Source of the DNA: Gemmatimonadota bacterium
GTDB lineage: Bacteria > Gemmatimonadota > Gemmatimonadetes > Palauibacterales > Palauibacteraceae
Direction: 5' to 3'
DNA: 64,000 bases
NCBI GenBank assembly: GCA_035267645.1
Contig: DATFLN010000086.1
Span: 2,181 to 66,180, forward strand
The position numbers were made by a program, and so were the translations under genes. Below the pieces are notes generated by a model. It was given only the letters and a program-made list of their open reading frames with translations. It was not told the origin of the DNA and did not search any database. Below, in pieces: positions 1 through 7,994 of this stretch. Each line of letters begins with the position of its first letter. Positions within the stretch are counted from its first letter, which is position 1.

Positions 1-1369
1 CCACCAGGACGACCTTGGCGCGGGCGGGGATGGGCTCGGGGTCCAGGGACACGGTGCTGATGAGGCCGAGCGCCTCGCGCACCGACTCGATCCGGATCTC
101 GCCGGTCTCGAGCGCCTGCTTGAGGCCCTGCCACGCGTAGGGCTGGAGGAGGACGCGCCGCGCGTCCAGGATGAGGTAGCCGCCGGCGGCCCGGTGCAGG
201 GCGCCCGGCCGGATCATGGTGAAGTCGGTCACCAGGGCGCCCATGCGCGGCTGGTGCTCGATCCGTCCCACCAGGTTCTGGTAGGTGGGGTGCTCCTCGT
301 AGACCACCGGCGCGCGCTCGTCCTCGGCGTGGTCCACCAGCACGTTCACGCGGTAGCGCTGCAGGTCGGGCGAGGAGCCGGCTCTCGCCATGGCGCCCCC
401 TCCGCCCTGGCCTCCCTGCCCCTGCCCGCCGCCGTTCTGGGCGGCCAGCTGCGCCGCCAGGTTCTGCTGCCGGTCCTGCATGATGGACTCGACGTTCCCG
501 GCCACGTCCTCCTCGACCGCGTCCAGGTACGCACCCACCTCGTCCAGCCCCTCGTAGCGCTCCCGGAGGTCGGCCAGGAGGTCGCGCACGGTGTACCGGG
601 CGATCTCCCGGTTCAGCTCCCGGATCCGCTCGCGCACCTGCCGCTGCTTGCCGGGCACCTTCCGGAGGATGGCCTGGAGCTCCTCCTGGAGCTCGTCGAT
701 GTCCTCCTGGATCCGCTCCCGCTCCTCCTCGGGGAGCTCCTCGACCTCCTCGGGGCCGAGCGGCTCGCCGTCCCGGACCGGCGCGAACACGAAGCCGCCG
801 GGGGTCCTGAGGAGCGCGAGCCCGCGCTCCTCGGCCTCCTCCTGGAGCGCCTCGAACGCCTCCTGCTGCTCCTCGCCCGCCTCCTCCTGGAGGGCCTGCG
901 TGCGCGTCTGGTACTCCTCCCCCTCGAAAGCCGCGCGAAGGGCGGGGCGGAGCTCCTCGGAGAAATGCTCCATGTCGTCGGCCAGGTCGCGGCCGGTCCC
1001 CGGCGGGAGGACGAGGGCCCGGGGCTCACGGCCCTCGCCGAAGTTGTTCACGTAGCAGAGATCGGGCGGGATCTCGGCCTCGGCGGCCGCCTCGTCGACG
1101 AGCTTCCGGACGAGGGTGCGGCGGTCGGTCTCGTTCGGGCCCAGCGCGAAGAGGTTGAAGCCGTCCCCCGCCATGCGGAGGCCGAACTCGATGGCCTCGG
1201 AGGCGCGGGCCTGCCCGATCACCCGGGCGGGATCGTCCAGCTCGTCGGTGGTCTCGAAGGAGAAGCGGTCGGGGTCGCAGGCCGAGAACAGGGCGTCGGG
1301 CCCCAGGCTCCCGGCCGGCGGCGCCTCGGGCACGCCCCGCGGCGCTTCCTGAACATCCGTCGCGGCCAA
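1..1369 (-). CDS. Lon-like ATP-dependent protease, AAA (AAA_32/Lon_C-type) N-terminal part; runs off the window edge
   Basis: Own translation (absent from track because it is edge-truncated): TTG start after GGAGG, ...CDPDRFSFETTDEL...IGQARASEAIEFGL...CYVNNF...EEHPTYQNLVGRIEH...DFTMIRPGALHRAAGGYLILDA..., typical of LonB-like proteases. Confidence 0.85.
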   Translation of the reverse strand, partial: MAATDVQEAPRGVPEAPPAGSLGPDALFSACDPDRFSFETTDELDDPARVIGQARASEAIEFGLRMAGDGFNLFALGPNETDRRTLVRKLVDEAAAEAEIPPDLCYVNNFGEGREPRALVLPPGTGRDLADDMEHFSEELRPALRAAFEGEEYQTRTQALQEEAGEEQQEAFEALQEEAEERGLALLRTPGGFVFAPVRDGEPLGPEEVEELPEEERERIQEDIDELQEELQAILRKVPGKQRQVRERIRELNREIARYTVRDLLADLRERYEGLDEVGAYLDAVEEDVAGNVESIMQDRQQNLAAQLAAQNGGGQGQGGQGGGGAMARAGSSPDLQRYRVNVLVDHAEDERAPVVYEEHPTYQNLVGRIEHQPRMGALVTDFTMIRPGALHRAAGGYLILDARRVLLQPYAWQGLKQALETGEIRIESVREALGLISTVSLDPEPIPARAKVVLV

Positions 1370-1496
1370 TCTGACCTCCGGTCCGCCGTGCCCGGCGATC
1401 GGACGCGGACGGACCGCACGGACACGCCATGCTCGCTCGCGGCCGGGCCGGCCTGACCGCCCCGGCCGCCGGGACCGCGCTGGCCCCGGCGGAGGG

Positions 1497-2408
1497 CTAC
1501 CCCTGGAAGATGCGTTCCGCCTCCTCCACCGTGGCGCAGTGGAGGGCCACCGTGTCCTCGAGGCGCCGGGCGTAGCCGCCCGCCAGCACCACCGCCACGG
1601 CCACGCCGGCTTCCCGCAGCGTCTCCAGCACGTACGCGTCCCGGCGCCGCAGGCCCTCCTTCGTGAGCGAGAGGCCGCCGAGCTGGTCCTCGCGGTAGGG
1701 GTCGGCCCCGGCCAGGTAGAACGCGAGATCGGGGCGGTGCTCCTCGCAGATCCGGGGAAGGTGCTCGCGGAGGACCTCCAGGTACGCTCCGTCCCCGGTC
1801 CCGTCCTCGAGCCCGACGTCGAGGTCGGAGGGCGGCTTCACGGCGGGGTAGTTGTGCTCCTGGTGGACGGAGAACGTGAACACCTGGGCATCGTTCGCGA
1901 AGATGGCGGCGGTGCCGTTTCCGTGGTGGAGGTCGCAGTCGACCACGGCGGCGCGCTCGACGAGGCCGTCGCCCAGGAGGCTCCGGAGCGCCACGGCCAC
2001 GTCGTTCAGGAGGCAGAACCCCTCGCCGTGGTCGGCGAAGGCGTGGTGGAAGCCGCCGCCCAGGTGGACGGCCAGGCCGTCCTCGAGGGCCCGGCGGCCG
2101 GTCAGGATGGAGCCCCCGCAGCAGGTCACGGCCGCCGTGCGGAGCTCCGGGGAGAAGGGAACCTCGAGCCGCCGCTGTTCCTGGAGGGAGAGCTCGCCCG
2201 CGTCGATCTTCTCCAGCCAGGCCCCGGTGTGGACCCGCGCCAGGTCCTCGCGGCTCGCGGGCTCGGGGTCCGCCACCTCGCCTTCACGAATCACGTCCGC
2301 TTCCAGGAGGCGCCGGCGGACCAGGCCGTACTTCCGGGTGGGGTAGACGTGCTCCCCGATGTCGACTTCGTAGGCGGGGGACCAGACGACGGGCGGGCGA
2401 GGGCTCAT
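1497..2408 (-). CDS. Histone deacetylase family (acetoin-utilisation/acetylpolyamine amidohydrolase-like) protein
   Basis: GGGFHHA, GFCLLND, DCDLHHGNGT, AGADPYREDQLG and GGY motifs. Confidence 0.93.
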   Translation of the reverse strand: MSPRPPVVWSPAYEVDIGEHVYPTRKYGLVRRRLLEADVIREGEVADPEPASREDLARVHTGAWLEKIDAGELSLQEQRRLEVPFSPELRTAAVTCCGGSILTGRRALEDGLAVHLGGGFHHAFADHGEGFCLLNDVAVALRSLLGDGLVERAAVVDCDLHHGNGTAAIFANDAQVFTFSVHQEHNYPAVKPPSDLDVGLEDGTGDGAYLEVLREHLPRICEEHRPDLAFYLAGADPYREDQLGGLSLTKEGLRRRDAYVLETLREAGVAVAVVLAGGYARRLEDTVALHCATVEEAERIFQG

Positions 2409-2471
2409 GCGGGAGTCGTGGTACCGGCACCGCCCGCGGGCCGCACGGGCTCGGCTACGCCCCGGCGGGGC

Positions 2472-2768
2472 TCACGCCTCTCGGGCCGTCCGGGATTCCG
2501 GGGCCGGGCGGGCCTCGGGGATCCCGCCGTCGGGCTTTCCCCTGCCCAGGAGGAGCCAGTCGAGCGAGATGCCGGTCCCTTCGGCCACCCGGATGGCGGT
2601 CCGCAGGGAGAGGCCGTGATGGCCGTTGCGGTAGTTGCTCAGGTGCTGGGGCTGGAGGCCCAGCCTGCGAGCGAAGGCGGCGTCGGACTCGTCTCGGCGC
2701 TTGAGCGAGAACAGGCGGCCGACCACCCGTTCCTCCCACGATCCGGCACGGAGCTCCCTGGACGACAT
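2472..2768 (-). CDS. XRE/Cro-CI family helix-turn-helix protein (copy 2)
   Basis: AAFARRLGLQPQHLSNYRNG...GISLDWLLLGRG; ATG at 2768 after GGAGAAGG. Confidence 0.8.
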   Translation of the reverse strand: MSSRELRAGSWEERVVGRLFSLKRRDESDAAFARRLGLQPQHLSNYRNGHHGLSLRTAIRVAEGTGISLDWLLLGRGKPDGGIPEARPAPESRTAREA

Positions 2769-2938
2769 CGGTAGCCTTCTCCCTGCGACGGTGGCCTCCA
2801 TGGGAACCTGCAGACGAGGGTGCCCGGACGGGGGCGCGCGCCGCAACGGCCCGGGGCAAAAACCTTTGTCCCCGTGGCGAAAAAAAACGCTCGCCGTGGT
2901 CACGCGGCACCGTCATCGGCCGCATGCAGCGAGACGTG

Positions 2939-2956
2939 TGTAGGATTGATCCTACA
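2939..2956. promoter_or_regulatory. Perfect 18-bp palindrome, candidate XRE operator
   Basis: TGTAGGAT-TG-ATCCTACA (8-bp arms); overlaps the -10 of a predicted minus-strand promoter. Confidence 0.6.
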
Positions 2957-2977
2957 GCCGCATCCCGTGCAGCGCAA
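2949..2977 (-). promoter_or_regulatory. Sigma70-like promoter for the 2472-2768 XRE gene
   Basis: Minus strand TTGCGC-N17-TAGGAT. Confidence 0.5.
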
Positions 2978-3033
2978 ACCCATTCCCCGGAAGAGGCGGT
3001 GGCTCCGAGGGCGGAGCTTCGGGACGATCCCCC

Positions 3034-3360
3034 CTAGTGCTGGCCGTCCCGCAGGGCGCCGGAGCTCGAGCCGCCGTCGAGGGACCGCGGGGAGGCTCCG
3101 TCCCCGTCGACGAAGGGTCCGGAGGGGGCCAGTCCGTCGATCAGGGGCTCCCCCCTCCCGGTCAGGAGCCACCGGCAGTTCAGCCCGGGGTAGGTGCGCG
3201 CCAGCGCCGAGAGCGCTTCGCCGGCCGGACGCGCCTCGCCCCGGGTCCAGGCGCTCACGGCCTGTCCCGTGACGCCGATGCGACGGCCGAGGGCCCGCAG
3301 GTTCCCATCCTCGAAGGTGGAGGCGATCCACTCGATTCTGTCGGGCCAGTTCGGTGGCAT
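3034..3360 (-). CDS. XRE/Cro-CI family helix-turn-helix protein (copy 1)
   Basis: NLRALGRRIGVTGQAVSAWTRGEARP...LNCRWLLTGRGEP; ATG 3360 after GGGGGAG. Confidence 0.8.
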   Translation of the reverse strand: MPPNWPDRIEWIASTFEDGNLRALGRRIGVTGQAVSAWTRGEARPAGEALSALARTYPGLNCRWLLTGRGEPLIDGLAPSGPFVDGDGASPRSLDGGSSSGALRDGQH

Positions 3361-3454
3361 GACTCCCCCGAAGATCTGTCGTTCGCCGCCGGCGACCCCG
3401 ACGGCGGGCGACCGCCCAGGGGCTTCGGCGCCGAATCCAGATAACTCGACCATC

Positions 3455-3483
3455 ACGATAAAGATCGCTGTACGGAACGGCAA
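3455..3483 (-). promoter_or_regulatory. Sigma70-like promoter for the 3034-3360 XRE gene
   Basis: Minus strand TTGCCG-N17-TATCGT. Confidence 0.5.
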
Positions 3484-3518
3484 GGCAACGGGGACGCCCG
3501 GTGGGTCGCACGGCGACC

Positions 3519-4442
3519 TCAGCCGCCCATGTGCTCCATGTCGCCCTCGTGGTCCTCGTGCCCGTCGCGGTCGCGGTCCTCGAAGCAGTGCGAGGAAGCC
3601 AGTGACCGGCGAATGTTCTCGGCCACGATGTCGGCTGCGGCGCCGCCCTCGCCGGCCGTGGACGGATCTATGAGGCTGCCGTCCTCGCGTCGGAACCAGG
3701 AGCGCACGTCGAACGACAGCGTCACGTTCGCCGCTGCCGTCGTGTCGCTCACGTCGAGCGGCGGGTCCAGGCGGAGCTCCTGCCCGGCCTCGATGCCGCG
3801 CTCGAAGGTGAAGTCCTGCCCGTTCCACGTGCCCGTGACCCGGACGCTCACGCCCTCCAGGTCGGGGTGGCCGGCCAGGAAGGCCGCATCGGCGGAGTCC
3901 TCGGACGTGGGCGGATGGACGCGGTACTCGAGCTTGTCGTAGGTGCCGGCCGGCAGCTCCACCCGGGCCACGTGGGTGACCGCGCTGTCGAGCGGCAGGT
4001 CCACCAGGACCGGGCCGGCCGAGACGACTCCGCAGCCCATGTCGTGCTCGTGCTCCCCCCAGGAGCCCTCGTCGGCCGAGCCCTGCATGGATCCGGTCGA
4101 GTCCGACTCGGCCGTCGAGTCCGACTCCGCCGCGGAGTCCGACTCCGTCTCCGCGCTGTCCTCGGCGGCGGCGCAGCTGTCCGACGCCGCGCGGAGCTCG
4201 ACCCTGTCCAGCACCAGCGACACGTCCTGCAGCACGAGCGTGTCGGTACCGGAGCCCTGGGTGATGTCCAGGGCCGGGCTGGTCGCCCCGGAGGCCGCCG
4301 GGCCACCGCCGGCCAGCGCCACCGAGAGGGACACCGGGTGCCTGGCCGACGGTCCCATCCCATCGCTGCAGCCCGCGGCAAGGACGACCGCCCCGGCCGC
4401 CACCGACGCGAACAGCCCCACCGATCCTCTCATCCTTCGCAT
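3519..4442 (-). CDS. Acidic, His-rich lipoprotein (DUF4382-like)
   Basis: GGAGG RBS, signal peptide with lipobox LAAGC, beta-rich body, C-terminal FEDRDRDGHEDHEGD. Confidence 0.7.
   Translation of the reverse strand: MRRMRGSVGLFASVAAGAVVLAAGCSDGMGPSARHPVSLSVALAGGGPAASGATSPALDITQGSGTDTLVLQDVSLVLDRVELRAASDSCAAAEDSAETESDSAAESDSTAESDSTGSMQGSADEGSWGEHEHDMGCGVVSAGPVLVDLPLDSAVTHVARVELPAGTYDKLEYRVHPPTSEDSADAAFLAGHPDLEGVSVRVTGTWNGQDFTFERGIEAGQELRLDPPLDVSDTTAAANVTLSFDVRSWFRREDGSLIDPSTAGEGGAAADIVAENIRRSLASSHCFEDRDRDGHEDHEGDMEHMGG
4099..4152. repeat. 3 x 18-bp in-frame tandem repeat (xxESDS)
   Basis: gagtccgactcggccgtc / gagtccgactccgccgcg / gagtccgactccgtctcc, encoding ETESDSAAESDSTAESDS. Confidence 0.8.
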
Positions 4443-4814
4443 ACGACCTCCTGCATCGCGGTCCCCGGTCTTCCATCGGACGGCGGCTGCACCGCGCATT
4501 GCGCATGCCCGCCCACGTTCGATAGACGAGAGACCGGTGCCGTTGTCACATCGCGGTGGGACGCGGCGCTCTGGAGCGCGGACGCACCGGGAAGGGGCAC
4601 CGCCGGTCGACGGAGGAGCCCGCCCCGGGGTGCAATCGGTTCGGAGATCCGCAAGGAGTAGCGTGAGGGTGGAGGTCGCGTGCCGGCTTCGCTCCTCTTT
4701 CTACGCGCAGCTCCCTGAAGCCCAGGCCGTCGCCTGCCGGCCCGTCTCCGGCCTGGCCGGACGACGCGACGAGAGCCCTCGCGCAGGAGGACCCGACATG
4801 AGGGCTCGCTCGAG

Positions 4815-4990
4815 CTCCGACCTCGATGTAGCCGCGCGGCTCCAAGTGCCAGAACGAGGCGGTGTCGGCCACGCCCGGGCACACGGCGTTCACGACGACG
4901 TCGCGCAGGCCTTGGTCCGACTCCGACAGCTCGACCTGGAGCTCCATCGTGAGGTTCTCGAGGGCCGCCACGGCCGCGGGGGTCACGACC
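4815..4990 (-). pseudogene. Short-chain dehydrogenase-like fragment
   Basis: AAVAALENLTMELQVEL...VVVNAVCPGVADT resembles the SDR beta6 VNAVCPG motif; no N-terminal Rossmann fold. Confidence 0.35.
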
Positions 4991-5333
4991 CTCCTTCCGG
5001 CGCCACGACGCGGTAGCTGGCGTGGCACGAGACGCACTGGCTCGTGAGTCCGGCCAGGTGCGCCAGCACGGTGTCCCGGCTCGCCCCGGACCGGATCGTC
5101 CGGGCCCGCTCGTCGAAGCCCTCGTGCGTGCTCGTCCCGAGCCGGATGAGCGCCTCGGGCAGGCGCTCGGCCACTGCCGGGTCGGTGTCCACCGCGATCC
5201 GCGTCCCGCCGGCCAGGGCGGCGTCGGCCATCGCCTCCCGGTCCATGGCCGGGCTGTTCCGGAGGACCCCGTTCAGGGCCTCGAGCATCTGCCGCGTCTC
5301 CCGGCTCACGGTCTCGTCCCACGCCCCGTCCAT
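4983..5333 (-). pseudogene. Class II (c'-like) monoheme cytochrome c lacking its N-terminal export/anchor segment
   Basis: C-terminal CVSCHASYR on a helical body; in-frame TAG shortly upstream and no signal peptide. Confidence 0.5.
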
Positions 5334-5400
5334 CGTCCCCGAAGTGCCAATCTAGCCGGACCCGCCTCCCGCGGTCTGCCGGGAATCGTCGCGGCCCGGC

Positions 5401-5439
5401 GTGGGGAGATTCCCCACATCGCCGTGGGAGACTTCTCAT
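5401..5439 (+). promoter_or_regulatory. Paired operator-like sites upstream of prpD-like/comA-like operon
   Basis: GTGGGGAGATTCCCCAC (perfect 7-3-7 palindrome) followed 23 bp later by GTGGGAGACTTCTCAT. Confidence 0.55.
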
Positions 5440-5570
5440 CCCCCGGTGTGGAAGGGGGCGGCCTCGTCTCCCGACACCCGTCGCGCGGCCCCCGGTCCCT
5501 CCGCGTGGCACCGAACGTGAACGCATGGAGAGCGGTCGGACGTCGTGACCGCGAGCCGGGGAGCCGAGCC

Positions 5571-6953
5571 ATGACGCACGTACAGGAGCTGGCCCGCTTC
5601 GTCACCGGAGCGGAGCTCGACGACCTCTCGGACGGGGCCCTCGAGCAGCTGAAGATCCGGGTGCTCGACTCCCTGGGCTGCGCGATCGGCGCGGTCGAGG
5701 GGGAGCCGGTCCGCGCCGTTCGGGCCGGGATCGAGGAGGCGGGAGAGACGGGCTCCTGCACGCTCATCGGCGGCGGCCTCGGCGCGCCCGACCGGGCGGC
5801 CTTCTACAACGGGGCGCTCGTCCGCTACCTGGACTTCAACGACAGCTACCTGGCGCCGGGCGAGACCTGCCATCCGAGCGACAACCTGGGCGCGGTCCTG
5901 GCCTGCGCCGAGTACGCCGGGGGGAGCGGCCGGGACTTCCTGGCCGCCCTGGCCGCGGCCTACCAGGTCCAGTGCCGCCTCTCCGACGTGGCGCCGGTGC
6001 GCGACCGGGGCTTCGACCACGCGACGCAGGGCGCCTTCTCGACCGCCGCCGGCGCCGCGCGCGCCCTGGGCCTGGACGCGGAGCGGACCGCGAACGCGCT
6101 GGCCATCTCGGGCACCGCCAACGTCGCGCTCCGCGTGACGCGCACCGGGACGCTCTCGAACTGGAAGGGCCTGGCCATGCCGGACACCGGCCGCAACGGC
6201 GTCCACGCCGCGCTCCTGGCCCGGCGCGGCATCACCGGCCCGCCCGAGGTGTTCGAGGGGAACAAGGGCTGGCGCTGGTCGGTGTCGGGCGAGTGGGAGC
6301 TGGACTGGTCCGCCGAGGACCTGGAGCGCGTCACCCGCACCGACCTCAAGAAGTACAACGCCGAGATCCACTCGCAGTCGTCGGTCGAGGGGGCGCTGGA
6401 GCTGGCCCGCGAGCACGACCTGGAGGCCGCCGACATCGAGCGCGTGGACCTCGAGGTCTTCGACGTCGCCTTCGACATCATCGGCGGCGGCGAGGAGGGC
6501 GGGAAGAAGGAGGGGATCCGCACCAAGGAGCAGGCCGACCACAGCCTTCCCTACATCGTGGCGGTCGCCCTCCTGGACGGCGGCGTCTACCCCGAGCAGT
6601 ACCGCCCCGAGAGGATCCGCGCCGACGACGTCCAGGACCTCCTCCGGCGCGTCGAGGTCCACCGCAGCGAGGAGTACTCGCGCCGCTTCCCCGAGGAGCA
6701 CGCCTGTCGGGTCACGATCACGACCCGCGGCGGCGACGAATACGAGACCGAGAAGACCGCGTACGAGGGCTTCCACTCGATGCCGATGTCGTGGGAGACG
6801 GTCGAGCGGAAGTTCGCGCGGCTGTCGGGGCCCTACGCGGGCGACGCCCTCCGGGATCGGATCGTGGAGACGGTCCGGGGCCTGGAGGACGCCGACCTGG
6901 CCGACCTCACCGGAGCGCTGTCCCGAGTGGAGATACCGGAACCGGAGGGATAG
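5571..6953 (+). CDS. MmgE/PrpD family protein (2-methylcitrate dehydratase-like)
   Basis: RYLDFNDSYLAPGETCHPSDN, GLDH-type FDHATQG, KKYNAEIHSQ, ADHSLPY motifs. Confidence 0.93.
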   Translation: MTHVQELARFVTGAELDDLSDGALEQLKIRVLDSLGCAIGAVEGEPVRAVRAGIEEAGETGSCTLIGGGLGAPDRAAFYNGALVRYLDFNDSYLAPGETCHPSDNLGAVLACAEYAGGSGRDFLAALAAAYQVQCRLSDVAPVRDRGFDHATQGAFSTAAGAARALGLDAERTANALAISGTANVALRVTRTGTLSNWKGLAMPDTGRNGVHAALLARRGITGPPEVFEGNKGWRWSVSGEWELDWSAEDLERVTRTDLKKYNAEIHSQSSVEGALELAREHDLEAADIERVDLEVFDVAFDIIGGGEEGGKKEGIRTKEQADHSLPYIVAVALLDGGVYPEQYRPERIRADDVQDLLRRVEVHRSEEYSRRFPEEHACRVTITTRGGDEYETEKTAYEGFHSMPMSWETVERKFARLSGPYAGDALRDRIVETVRGLEDADLADLTGALSRVEIPEPEG

Positions 6954-6958
6954 ATCCC

Positions 6959-7786
6959 ATGCACGAAGACGAGCGAGCTTTTTCGTTCCTCCGCCTCAAC
7001 GACCGCGGGGAGAAGCCCCGCAGCCGCGGCGTCACCGAGATCCGCGGCCCCTACTACACGCCCGTCGGGCCCCGTTACCTGAGGGACGTGCTCGAGACCG
7101 CCGGCTGGTACGTCGACATCTTCAAGTTCAGCGGCGGCTCCTTCAGCCTCATGCCCACCCGCGCCGTGCGGGAGCTCATCGACATCTGCCACGAGCACGA
7201 GGTGAAGGTCTCGACCGGCGGCTTCATCGAGACCGTGATCACCCGCGGTCCCGATGCGGTCGAGCAGTACCTGGACGAGTGCGCCGAGCTGGGGTTCGAC
7301 ATCGTCGAGATCTCGAGCGGCTTCATCTCGATCCCGATCGACGACCTCGTGCGCCTGACCGGGAAGGTCCGCGAGCGCGACCTCCTGGCCAAGCCCGAGA
7401 TCAACGTCCAGTTCGGGGCCGGCGGCGCGAGCCGCGTCGAGGCCCTCGAGGAGGAGGGCGTGCAGGACCCCGCCGCGGCCATCCGCGAGGCCCGCCGCCA
7501 GCTGGACGCGGGGGCCTACATGATCATGGTCGAGTCCGAGGGGATCACCGAGCAGGTCCGCGAGTGGCGCACCGACATCAGCGCCCGCATCGCGAACGAG
7601 CTCGGCCTCGAGAACGTGATGTTCGAGGCCGCCGACCCCGAGGTCTACTCCTGGTACATCAAGAACTTCGGCCCCGAGGTCAACCTGTTCGTCGACCACT
7701 CCCAGATCGTCCACCTCGAATGCCTGCGCTCGGGGATCTGGGGCACCAAGAGCCTGTGGGGCCGCGTGCAGACCTACAGGGGGTAG
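6959..7786 (+). CDS. comA: Phosphosulfolactate synthase (ComA)-family TIM-barrel protein
   Basis: KPRSRGVTEIRGPYY, VDIFKFSGGS, KVSTGGFIE, VEISSGF, IMVESEGITE, VNLFVDHSQIVHLECLRSG; ATG 5 bp after upstream stop. Confidence 0.85.
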   Translation: MHEDERAFSFLRLNDRGEKPRSRGVTEIRGPYYTPVGPRYLRDVLETAGWYVDIFKFSGGSFSLMPTRAVRELIDICHEHEVKVSTGGFIETVITRGPDAVEQYLDECAELGFDIVEISSGFISIPIDDLVRLTGKVRERDLLAKPEINVQFGAGGASRVEALEEEGVQDPAAAIREARRQLDAGAYMIMVESEGITEQVREWRTDISARIANELGLENVMFEAADPEVYSWYIKNFGPEVNLFVDHSQIVHLECLRSGIWGTKSLWGRVQTYRG

Positions 7787-7823
7787 GCGAGAGGCGCGCT
7801 CCGGAGCGGGCGGCGGGCCCCCG

Positions 7824-7945
7824 GGCCGGCTCGAGGAAGTCGGGCCGGCGCGTCCGATAGTGCATGGGTACGATCCACCCGGGGGCCAGCTCCCCGACGA
7901 TCTCCGCGGCCAGCTCCGCGCCCTTGGTCGGGCCGCCGGGGGCGA
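7824..7945 (-). pseudogene. C-terminal remnant of an MBL-fold metallohydrolase
   Basis: GGPTKGAELAAEIVGELAPGWIVPMHYRT...FLEPA matches the P-x-x-V-V-P-M-H-Y tail of MBL-fold proteins; no start or N-terminal part. Confidence 0.5.
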
Positions 7946-7994
7946 TCGGGCCGGACGCACGGGGGACGGACCCGAACCGCCGGGCCCCGGCGGG

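Noticed and set aside
2960-3020. GCAAACC...GGAAG resembling a c-di-GMP-I riboswitch
   Set aside because: The GGACGCAAAG-type 3' half is missing and no gene lies downstream on that strand; better explained as the -35 of the minus-strand promoter
4544-4570. TGTCACA-N16-CGCT, similar to the motif before the serpin
   Set aside because: On the plus strand it faces no intact gene and has a mismatch in the -10; ambiguous
4640-4740. AAGGAGTAGC resembling the 5' end of a yybP-ykoY (Mn) riboswitch
   Set aside because: Downstream conserved elements not found and no metal-transport gene follows
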